Shown: positions 56,347-64,000 of the stretch, piece by piece
Layout: each line of letters starts with the position of its first letter
Numbering within the stretch: position 1 is the first letter of the stretch
DNA from: an uncultured Planctomycetia bacterium
Lineage (GTDB): Bacteria; Omnitrophota; Gorgyraeia; Tantalellales; Tantalellaceae
Direction of reading: 5' to 3'
Assembly: GCA_964431495.1 (NCBI GenBank)
Contig: CAYSJU010000009.1
Coordinates: forward strand, 7,205 to 71,204
DNA length: 64,000 nucleotides
The notes under the pieces: generated by a model
Databases searched by the model: none
What the model saw: the letters and a program-made list of their open reading frames with translations, nothing else
What the model was told of the DNA's origin: nothing
Translations under genes and position numbers: made by a program

Positions 56347-57984
56347 ATGGGACAGCATAATCGCGTATATACGCTTAAAAGATCACTGTTCTTTAAAAAG
56401 ACAGTGATCTTTTTTTTATGGTTTTTTATGATCTGTCACTGCGCGTTCTCCCAGCAAAAGTGGATTTCGCGCGGCGCGTATGTCACCGCGAGCATAGGGG
56501 ACGCGAGGATACTGATCCCGTTCCTGGCGGATGACACGTCTTCAAGCGCCATCTGCGGGCTCGTGTATAACGGGCTCACAAAGGTTGACAGGGACCTGAA
56601 CATCGTCCCTGACCTTGCGGAGAGATGGGAAGTCACCGATGACGGGCTTGTGATAGTCTTTTATCTCCGCAAGAACGTCCGCTGGCATGACGGTGTGCCG
56701 TTCACTGCCGCGGATGTCCGTTTCACTTTTGAGAGAATCCTGGATCCCGAGGTCGGCTGTCCTTATATTTCTGGTTTTACGGATATAAAAGATATCCGGG
56801 TCATAGATGATCATACAATACGTTTTGAGTATAACCAGCCTTATGCCCCGGCCTTGCTCAAACTGGGCATGGGTGTGATCCCCAAGCATCTTTTTAAGGA
56901 TGTAATGGATATAAGGAATTCCCCTTACGCGAGAGCGCCAGTCGGCACCGGGCCATACCGGTTCATAAAATGGGAAAGCGGACAATACATAGTGCTGAAA
57001 GCCAATCCTGACTACTTTGAGCATGTCCCCGGGATAAAGCGGTATGTTTACAGGATCATACCGGACCAGGCGGTCGAGTTCCTTGAACTTGTATCAGGCG
57101 GGATAGATTCCATGCAGCTGACCCCCTATCAATACCGGTACAGGAGCGATACGCCCGAATTCAAACAAAGGATAAACAAATATTTTTACCTTGCTCCTTC
57201 CTATACATATATAGGTTACAACCTTAAAGATCCTATCCTGAAAGACAGGAAAGTAAGACAGGCTTTGAGCTACGCGATCAATAAAAAAGAGATCATAGAT
57301 GCCGTGCTCCTGGGTCTCGGGGAAGTCTCGACCGGCCCTTTTCGGAGGGATTCCATGTATTACGATGATTCCGTGTCTTTATACGGGTATGACCCTGAAA
57401 AAGCCGCCTCTCTTTTGCGTGAAGCGGGATTGGTTGATAGTGACGGCGACGGGATACTGGAAAAGGACGGCATGGAGTTCAAGATCAAGATCGTGACAAA
57501 TCAGGGCAACCAGGTAAGAGAGGATGTCGCTACCATAGTCCAGAAACAGTGGGCCGACCTGGGAATAAAGACGGAGATCCAGGTAGTGGCATGGGCGGCT
57601 TTCCTTGACCAGTTTGTCAGCAAGAAGAATTTTCAGGCCGTTATCCTGGGATGGGCGCTTTCCATTGATCCGGATTGTTATTTCGCGTGGCATTCCGATT
57701 CAATGCGGGAGGGAGGATTGAATTTCATTTCATATTCCAACAAGCGGGTCGACGGACTGATAGAAGAAGGAAGACGGGAGTTCGACACTGAGAAACGCAG
57801 GGAGATATACCACGAGATACACCGTCTTGTCGCGGAAGACGCGCCTTACACGTTTTTGTTCTCCGGTTACGCGACCCCGGGGATAAACAAGCGCTTCAAG
57901 GGGATCGATCCGGCTCCTGCGGGAATAGGCTATAACTTCATAGACTGGTATGTTCCGAAACGGGAAGCAAGATATAAGTTCTAG
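56347..57984 (+). CDS. ABC transporter substrate-binding protein, family 5 (Opp/Dpp/Nik-type)
   Basis: Signal-peptide-like N-terminus from ATG 56347. LVYNGLTKVD, RWHDGVPFTAADV, VLKANPDYF are typical of SBP_bac_5. Confidence 0.85.
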   Translation: MGQHNRVYTLKRSLFFKKTVIFFLWFFMICHCAFSQQKWISRGAYVTASIGDARILIPFLADDTSSSAICGLVYNGLTKVDRDLNIVPDLAERWEVTDDGLVIVFYLRKNVRWHDGVPFTAADVRFTFERILDPEVGCPYISGFTDIKDIRVIDDHTIRFEYNQPYAPALLKLGMGVIPKHLFKDVMDIRNSPYARAPVGTGPYRFIKWESGQYIVLKANPDYFEHVPGIKRYVYRIIPDQAVEFLELVSGGIDSMQLTPYQYRYRSDTPEFKQRINKYFYLAPSYTYIGYNLKDPILKDRKVRQALSYAINKKEIIDAVLLGLGEVSTGPFRRDSMYYDDSVSLYGYDPEKAASLLREAGLVDSDGDGILEKDGMEFKIKIVTNQGNQVREDVATIVQKQWADLGIKTEIQVVAWAAFLDQFVSKKNFQAVILGWALSIDPDCYFAWHSDSMREGGLNFISYSNKRVDGLIEEGRREFDTEKRREIYHEIHRLVAEDAPYTFLFSGYATPGINKRFKGIDPAPAGIGYNFIDWYVPKREARYKF

Positions 57985-57989
57985 AGAAA

Positions 57990-58970
57990 ATGCGTAGATA
58001 CATAATCAGACGATTATTGCTTATCATTCCCATGCTGATAGGCATATCCTTCATCCTTTTCGTGGTGATGCACTTTGCGCCGGGTGACCCAACGAGCGTA
58101 AGGTATGGTTTGAACCCCGAGGTCTCGGCGAGCGCCAGGGAAAGTTTTAACAGGTTATACGGCCTGGATAGACCGGCCATTGTCCAGTACGGCATGTGGC
58201 TGAGGAGATTTGTGTTTCTGGATTTCGGAAGGTCCTTTATAGACAACCGTCCTGTCATTTCCAAGATCATGTCAGCGCTTCCGGCAACGCTTCTTCTGCA
58301 GGTGATATCCCTTTTGATAATTTTCTGCGTGGCGCTTCCCATAGGGATAATCAGCGCGGTCAGGCGGGGCAGCCGGTTTGACAGGACAATGACAGTATTT
58401 GTTTTTATCGGGTATGCCATGCCCACGTTCTGGCTGGCGCTTCTTCTCATATTTTTATTCGGTTTTAAACTGCAATGGTTCCCGGTATCCGGGATGAGCC
58501 CCTGGTATGTCGAGTATATAGGCGCGTTTGAGAAAGTGAAGGACCTCTTGTGGCACCTTGTCCTTCCCGCGTTCACCACTGCGTTCGGCGGGCTGGCTGC
58601 TCTCTCCAGGTATTCCCGGTCAAGCATGATAGAAGCCCTGGGACAGAATTACATACTTACGGCCAGGGCCAAAGGCCTGCCTGAGACCAGAGTGATAATG
58701 GTGCATGCCCTGAAGAACGCGCTTTTGCCCATAGTCACCATAATGGGGCTCACATTACCCGGGCTTATTTCAGGCAGTTTTATCTTTGAGACGATCTTCG
58801 CGTGGCCTGGTATGGGGAGGCTCGGTTACGAAGCGATAATGAGTTACGATTATCCAGTGGTCATGGGCGTGGCGGTCATTTCCACTTTTCTCACGCTTCT
58901 GGGGATATTTTTGTCGGATGTCGCATACGCGGTCGTGGACCCGCGTATCAGATACGAGGCGCACCGGTAG
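57990..58970 (+). CDS. ABC transporter permease (DppB/OppB-like)
   Basis: MRRYIIRRLLLIIPMLIGISFILF N-terminus. EAA-like loop YILTARAKGLPETRVIMVHALKNA. Confidence 0.85.
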   Translation: MRRYIIRRLLLIIPMLIGISFILFVVMHFAPGDPTSVRYGLNPEVSASARESFNRLYGLDRPAIVQYGMWLRRFVFLDFGRSFIDNRPVISKIMSALPATLLLQVISLLIIFCVALPIGIISAVRRGSRFDRTMTVFVFIGYAMPTFWLALLLIFLFGFKLQWFPVSGMSPWYVEYIGAFEKVKDLLWHLVLPAFTTAFGGLAALSRYSRSSMIEALGQNYILTARAKGLPETRVIMVHALKNALLPIVTIMGLTLPGLISGSFIFETIFAWPGMGRLGYEAIMSYDYPVVMGVAVISTFLTLLGIFLSDVAYAVVDPRIRYEAHR

Positions 58971-58975
58971 ATATT

Positions 58976-59791
58976 ATGAAAAAGCGGTTGATATTCGGGA
59001 TAACAATAGTCGTGATAATGGGATTGACAGCGGTCTTTGCGCCGTTCATCGCGCCGTCCGATCCTCTGGAGATGAACCTTTCTCCCCAGGGGATGCTCCA
59101 GCCTCCTTCACTGGAGCATCTTTGCGGGACAGATAATCTTGGAAGGGACGTTTTCAGCCGCATGGTGTATGGAGCCCGCGTGTCCTTGAGCGTGGGATTC
59201 ATAGCTGTTTTTATCTCTATGGTCATCGGGGTGTTTCTGGGAGGGGTGAGCGGATATTACGGAGGACGGCCGGACGCTTTTATAATGCGTTTCGTGGAGG
59301 TCATGTACTGCTTTCCCACGCTTTTTCTCATAATGATCGTTGTGGCATTTCTGGGGCCCAATATAGTCAATGTGATGATCGTTATCGGGATAACAAGCTG
59401 GGCGGGATTATGCCGCCTTGTGCGCGCGGAATTTTTCACTCTGAGAGAGAGGGATTTTGTGCACGCGGCAAAGGTCCAGGGGGTTTCTGACATGCGGGTG
59501 ATATTCAGGCATATTCTCCCCAATGCCATGGGGCCGGTATATGTAAGCGCGACGCTCAGCGTTGGAGCCGCGATACTTATAGAAAGCGCTTTAAGTTTTC
59601 TCGGGCTGGGTGTGCAGATCCCCACCCCGAGCTGGGGCAATATATTGACCGCCGGCAAGAATTACATTGATTACGCATGGTGGCTTACATTGTTCCCGGG
59701 CCTGGCTATATTAGTAACAGTGCTCAGTTTTAACCTTATCGGCGAAAGTTTAAGAGAGATGCTGGACCCCAGGTTAAGGGAACGGAAATAG
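58976..59791 (+). CDS. ABC transporter permease (DppC/OppC-like)
   Basis: HLCGTDNLGRDVFSRMVYGARVSL and FVHAAKVQGVSDMRVIFRHILPN. ATG 58976 follows the upstream stop (ORF track start 58802 is internal to the upstream gene). Confidence 0.85.
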   Translation: MKKRLIFGITIVVIMGLTAVFAPFIAPSDPLEMNLSPQGMLQPPSLEHLCGTDNLGRDVFSRMVYGARVSLSVGFIAVFISMVIGVFLGGVSGYYGGRPDAFIMRFVEVMYCFPTLFLIMIVVAFLGPNIVNVMIVIGITSWAGLCRLVRAEFFTLRERDFVHAAKVQGVSDMRVIFRHILPNAMGPVYVSATLSVGAAILIESALSFLGLGVQIPTPSWGNILTAGKNYIDYAWWLTLFPGLAILVTVLSFNLIGESLREMLDPRLRERK

Positions 59792-59799
59792 CTTTGGGC

Positions 59800-60654
59800 A
59801 TGGAGCATGGGTTAATGGAGAAAGATAAGAAGATACTTGAGATAAGCGACCTGACCGTATCGTTCGGCGCAAGAAGGGTCATAGATAATGTAAGCTTTTC
59901 GCTTTATTCCGGAGAAGTCCTGGCTCTCGTGGGCGAATCAGGGAGCGGTAAGACCCTGACAGCGTTCTCGATATTGGACCTTCTTCCGCGGACGGCAGCT
60001 CTTGAGAAAGGGAAAATAATGTTCAACGGAAAAAACGTCCTTGACCTTGATCATGAAGAGATAAGGGATATAAGGGGTAATGAGATCGCCATGGTCTTTC
60101 AGGAACCGTTCACCGCGCTTAATCCCGTGATGCGTGCCGGTGACCAGATCATGGAGGTAATGTCCGCTCATGATGCCGTTTCCAGGAAAAACAGAAAAGA
60201 GCGGATGAAGGAACTCCTGCATACAGTGAAACTTCCGGCGGAAATAAGTTCTCATTATCCCCATGAACTTTCCGGGGGTATGCGGCAGAGGGTGATCCTG
60301 GCCATGGCGCTTTCCTGCGATCCTTCGGTATTGATACTTGACGAACCCACCACTGCCCTGGATGTATCTATCCAGAAGCATGTGCTGGACCTTATCAAAC
60401 AGATACAGAAGGAGAGACGTCTTACGATCCTGTTCATAACGCATGACTTCTCCATTGTGAACATGATCGCGGACCGGGTATGCGTGATGAGGAACGGCAG
60501 GATATTAGACGAGGATGGTAAGGAAGAAGTGTTCACTAACCCGGTCGATCCGTATACCAGACAGCTTATAGCGTGCATACCGAGGCTGGGGGATAAGAGG
60601 GAGAGGCTGCCGGTGGTTGAAAATGCTCAAGATGCGGGACGAGAAAATGGTTGA
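59800..60654 (+). CDS. ABC transporter ATP-binding protein (DppD/OppD-like)
   Basis: GESGSGKT (Walker A), LSGGMRQRV signature, LILDEPTTALD (Walker B). Confidence 0.9.
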   Translation: MEHGLMEKDKKILEISDLTVSFGARRVIDNVSFSLYSGEVLALVGESGSGKTLTAFSILDLLPRTAALEKGKIMFNGKNVLDLDHEEIRDIRGNEIAMVFQEPFTALNPVMRAGDQIMEVMSAHDAVSRKNRKERMKELLHTVKLPAEISSHYPHELSGGMRQRVILAMALSCDPSVLILDEPTTALDVSIQKHVLDLIKQIQKERRLTILFITHDFSIVNMIADRVCVMRNGRILDEDGKEEVFTNPVDPYTRQLIACIPRLGDKRERLPVVENAQDAGRENG

Positions 60655-61378
60655 AGTAGCAGAACTTAAAAAATATTTCTGGAGGAGCGGGACTTTTTTC
60701 GGTATTAAAACAGAACCGGTAAAAGCCGTGGACGGGGTGAGTTTCCGCGCAGCCAGAGGACAGACCTTTGGTCTTGTGGGCGAGTCCGGATGCGGTAAGA
60801 CAACCATTGCCAAACTGATAGCAGGTATCCTTAGAGCGGATTCCGGCCGAATAATAGTGAACGGTGATATAGATATTGTCTTCCAGGACCCGTTCAGCTC
60901 TTTGAATCCCCGCATGAAAGTAAAGGACATAATCGGCGAGTCTTTACTGATCCGCGGGACAGGTGGCAAAGAGACGGAAGAGAGGGTCAGGGAAACACTT
61001 TCCCTGGTCAGGCTGGGGGATCCGGGCTGCATGGATAAATATCCCCACCAGTTTTCCGGAGGTGAAAGACAGAGGATCGCGATAGCAAGGGCGGTTATAC
61101 GGCGTCCCGCCATGCTTGTCCTGGATGAACCGGTGTCAAGCCTTGACGTGTCTATTCAGGCGAGTATCCTGAACCTTTTAAAGGACCTTCAGCAGGAGCT
61201 GGGGCTGACATATCTTTTTATTTCCCATGATCTAAGAGTAGTGGAGTTCATGTCCGATGATGTCGGCGTGATGAAGGCCGGAAGGATTGTGGAGATCGCC
61301 TCCAGAGATGAGATATACGCCGCTCCAAAGGCTGAATATACCCGGCAGCTCCTGGCGTCTATCCCGCGCCTGGCCTGA
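60647..61378 (+). CDS. ABC transporter ATP-binding protein (DppF/OppF-like)
   Basis: GESGCGKTT, FSGGERQRIAIARA, LVLDEPVSSLD. Confidence 0.9.
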   Translation: MVEVAELKKYFWRSGTFFGIKTEPVKAVDGVSFRAARGQTFGLVGESGCGKTTIAKLIAGILRADSGRIIVNGDIDIVFQDPFSSLNPRMKVKDIIGESLLIRGTGGKETEERVRETLSLVRLGDPGCMDKYPHQFSGGERQRIAIARAVIRRPAMLVLDEPVSSLDVSIQASILNLLKDLQQELGLTYLFISHDLRVVEFMSDDVGVMKAGRIVEIASRDEIYAAPKAEYTRQLLASIPRLA

Positions 61379-61387
61379 ATTAAAGCA

Positions 61388-61416
61388 TTGATTTTCATGA
61401 GAAAATTTGGTAAACT
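61388..61416 (+). promoter_or_regulatory. Candidate promoter for leuCDB
   Basis: TTGATT (61388-61393), 17-nt spacer, TAAACT (61411-61416). Weak match only. Confidence 0.25.
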
Positions 61417-61463
61417 TCTGTTTTCAAATAACTGGAGGTATTAATAATAATTAAGGGGATTAT

Positions 61464-62744
61464 ATGGGATATACAATAACCGAGAAGATATTGCTGGCAC
61501 ATGCTCCGGGAGCAAAGACCATGGCTCCCGATGATTTCATAATGGCAAAAGTGGACTTTTGTTTCGGCAATGACATAACCGCGCCTATAGCCATCCGGGA
61601 GTTCAAAAAGCTGGACAAGAAAACGGTCTTTAATCAGAACCGCATAGGGCTTATCCCCGATCATTTTCTTCCGGCTAAAGACATGATGAGCGCAAACCAG
61701 GCGGCCATACTGAGAGATTTCGCCAAAGAGCACGGGATCACCAATTATTTTGAAGTCGGTGAGATGGGGATAGAACACGCTCTTCTTCCGGAAAGAGGGC
61801 TGATAATGCCGGGCGATCTCGTGATAGGGGCTGATTCCCACACCTGCACGCACGGAGCTCTGGGAGCTTTTGCCACAGGCGTGGGAAGCACTGATCTGGC
61901 TTATGCCATGGCGTTCGGCGAGTGCTGGCTCAAGGTCCCCGCATCCATCAAAATGGTCTTTACCGGAAAGACAAAAAAGTGGGTGAGCGGTAAGGACCTT
62001 ATCCTTCACGCTATCGGCGATTTGGGGGTTTCAGGCGCGCTTCATAAATCTCTTGAATTCACAGGAGATACCATTGATACCCTTTCCATGGATGAAAGGT
62101 TCACGATGTGCAATATGGCCATAGAAGCGGGGGCCAAGAACGGTATTATCGCTCCGGATAAGGCCACTGAAAGGTATATTAAAGCCGCTGTCAGAAAATA
62201 CAAACCTCCGAGGAAGTCATATAAGCTGTATAAGAGCGATGAGGACGCTGTGTATGAAGATGTCCGGGAATATAATATATCCAAACTGGAGCCGGTAGTG
62301 GCTGCTCCCCATTTGCCTTCGAACAGCAAGCCTGTCAGGGAGCTCAGCAATATAAAAGTTGACCAGGTGGTCATCGGATCGTGCACTAACGGCAGGATAT
62401 CGGACCTGAAACAGGCGGCCACCATCCTGAGAGGCAAAAAAGCAGATCCCGATACGCGTCTTATCGTGATACCCGCTACTCAGGCGGTCTATGCCGAGGC
62501 TGTCAAGGAAGGATACGCTGAAGTATTCATCAAGGCCGGCGGTGTTTTCTGCACGCCGAATTGCGGACCCTGTCTGGGCGGGCACATGGGTGTGCTGGCC
62601 GAAGGTGAAGTCGCTCTGGCCACGACGAACAGGAATTTTGTCGGCCGGATGGGGCATCCGAAGAGTTTTGTATACCTGGCAAACCCGGCGATCGCCGCGG
62701 CAAGCGCGGTTAAAGGCAAGATCACGCACCCGTCGGATCTATGA
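61464..62744 (+). CDS. leuC: 3-isopropylmalate/homoaconitate dehydratase large subunit (short, archaeal-type)
   Basis: GADSHTCTHGALGAFATGVG, GSCTNGRISD, NCGPCLGGH (three Fe-S Cys contexts of the aconitase family). 426 aa. Confidence 0.9.
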   Translation: MGYTITEKILLAHAPGAKTMAPDDFIMAKVDFCFGNDITAPIAIREFKKLDKKTVFNQNRIGLIPDHFLPAKDMMSANQAAILRDFAKEHGITNYFEVGEMGIEHALLPERGLIMPGDLVIGADSHTCTHGALGAFATGVGSTDLAYAMAFGECWLKVPASIKMVFTGKTKKWVSGKDLILHAIGDLGVSGALHKSLEFTGDTIDTLSMDERFTMCNMAIEAGAKNGIIAPDKATERYIKAAVRKYKPPRKSYKLYKSDEDAVYEDVREYNISKLEPVVAAPHLPSNSKPVRELSNIKVDQVVIGSCTNGRISDLKQAATILRGKKADPDTRLIVIPATQAVYAEAVKEGYAEVFIKAGGVFCTPNCGPCLGGHMGVLAEGEVALATTNRNFVGRMGHPKSFVYLANPAIAAASAVKGKITHPSDL

Positions 62745-62769
62745 TGCCGCATAAACAAAGGGAGCAGAA

Positions 62770-63318
62770 ATGAAGTTAAAAGGGAAAGTATTTAAGTTTG
62801 GCGATGATGTCAATACGGACGAGATAATCCCCGCGCGGTATTTGTATACATCCCATCCCGAAGAACTGGCAAAGCACTGCATGGAAGACGCGGACCCGGA
62901 CTTCGTGAAAAAGACGAAGAAAGGCGATATGATCGTGGCCGGCGAGAACTTCGGCTGCGGTTCCAGCCGCGAACACGCTCCCTTAGCCGTAAAATCAGCC
63001 GGTATTTCGTGCGTGATCGCCAAAAGTTTTGCCAGGATATTTTACAGGAACGCTATAAACATAGGGCTTCCCATATTCACGAGCCCGGAAGCCGCTGAAG
63101 CGTTTAAACAGGGAGACAACATTGTAGTCGACGTGAATAAGGGAGAGATATCAAAAGCTGATCAGGAAAAAAGCTACAGGTCCGAGGCCTTTCCAGATTT
63201 TATCAGGGAAATAGTTAAAGACGGCGGACTGATATCCTATGCGAATAAGAAGACAGCTTCGTCTAAAAAGAAGACGGTAAAAAGGAAGACCCGCGCTAAA
63301 AAGAAAGAGAAGAAATGA
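62770..63318 (+). CDS. leuD: 3-isopropylmalate dehydratase small subunit with Lys-rich C-terminal tail
   Basis: GENFGCGSSREHAP motif. Last 24 aa are NKKTASSKKKTVKRKTRAKKKEKK. Confidence 0.85.
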   Translation: MKLKGKVFKFGDDVNTDEIIPARYLYTSHPEELAKHCMEDADPDFVKKTKKGDMIVAGENFGCGSSREHAPLAVKSAGISCVIAKSFARIFYRNAINIGLPIFTSPEAAEAFKQGDNIVVDVNKGEISKADQEKSYRSEAFPDFIREIVKDGGLISYANKKTASSKKKTVKRKTRAKKKEKK

Positions 63319-63325
63319 AGGAGGG

Positions 63326-64000
63326 ATGGTGTATAAAATAGCAGTTATACCCGGAGACGGCACCGGGCCCGAGGTGGTCGGGGAAGGATTGAAAGTCATG
63401 GACGCGGTCGCGGGCAAGACCGGTCTGAAATACGAAAAGATCATGTATGATGTGGGAGGAGAGCGATACAAGAAAACGGGAGAGGTGCTTCCGGACAGCG
63501 TGATCGAAGAGCTTCGCACAGTAGATGCGATATATCTCGGCGCCGTAGGCCACCCTGATGTCAAACCCGGTATTCTGGAGAAGGGACTCTTGTTAAAACT
63601 GAGATTTTCTCTGGAACAGTACATAAATCTGCGACCGATAAAACTTTACCCGGGGGTCTGGACCCCGATAAAAGACAAGGGCCCGGAAGACATAGATTTT
63701 GTTGTTGTTCGTGAGAACAATGAAGGGCTGTATGTCGGCGAGGGTGAGTTCATCAATAAGGATACCCCGGAGGAGGTCGCCATCCAGGTATCGCGCAACA
63801 CCAGGAAGGGTGTGGACCGGTGTCTCCGATACGCGTTCGAATACACCAAAAGGCGGAATAAGAATAACAGGCTGACCCTTGTGGGTAAAACGAACGTTCT
63901 GACATACGCGTTCGATCTCTGGGAAAGGGCTTTCAACGAGATGGCAAAGGAATATCCTTCTATCAAGACGGGTTACGCGCATGTTGATGCCACGTGCATG
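63326..64000 (+). CDS. leuB: 3-isopropylmalate dehydrogenase family enzyme (3'-truncated by window edge)
   Basis: Not in the ORF track because no stop falls within the window. AAGGAGGG RBS then ATG 63326. MVYKIAVIPGDGTGPEV, NLRP, VRENNEGLY. Context after leuCD. Confidence 0.85.
   Translation, partial: MVYKIAVIPGDGTGPEVVGEGLKVMDAVAGKTGLKYEKIMYDVGGERYKKTGEVLPDSVIEELRTVDAIYLGAVGHPDVKPGILEKGLLLKLRFSLEQYINLRPIKLYPGVWTPIKDKGPEDIDFVVVRENNEGLYVGEGEFINKDTPEEVAIQVSRNTRKGVDRCLRYAFEYTKRRNKNNRLTLVGKTNVLTYAFDLWERAFNEMAKEYPSIKTGYAHVDATCM

Overview
All 61 credible genes in this 64-kb window lie on the + strand, and many are coupled by 4-nt ATGA/GTGA start-stop overlaps. I recognised no rRNA, tRNA, CRISPR array, transposase or integrase. 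The ORFs of 60 aa or more on the minus strand all look like shadow frames of + strand genes.

Nt 1-48,360 is one very large cell-envelope glycan locus. It contains:
- a 5'-truncated Wzx-like flippase
- a WbaP-type initiating phosphotransferase
- an O-antigen-ligase-family protein
- three GT9 heptosyltransferases plus GmhB, which points to an LPS core and a diderm host
- six GT2, four GT4, one GT28 and three GT-C/ArnT-like membrane transferases
- nucleotide-sugar enzymes: WecB, two extended SDRs and a hexapeptide acetyltransferase

The most unusual part is the first ~16.6 kb, a tailoring block. It holds three paralogous B12-binding radical SAM enzymes, a radical SAM/SPASM enzyme and four of the locus's six SAM methyltransferases. 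It also holds a NeuA-type cytidylyltransferase, an HP-motif GT-B protein, a SerA-like/HisC-like/HAD trio and a cyclase-family amidohydrolase. A second SPASM enzyme sits among the LPS-core transferases.

I read this as biosynthesis of a heavily modified, possibly CMP-activated, glycan constituent of unknown structure. That is inference, not identification.

Nt 48,447-64,000 is housekeeping: family-4 UDG, priA, fmt, gap, pgk-tpiA-secG, an Opp/Dpp-type ABC importer, and leuC-leuD-leuB (leuB is 3'-truncated by the window edge).

Non-coding oddities:
- a 145-bp element bounded by ~31-bp inverted repeats between udg and priA
- several imperfect palindromic elements at gene 3' ends, one of which appears to have extended an ORF
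- a canonical G-quadruplex motif in front of the SGNH hydrolase gene
- a lysine-rich tail on LeuD

All functional calls rest on motifs read from the translated ORFs. No database search was run.
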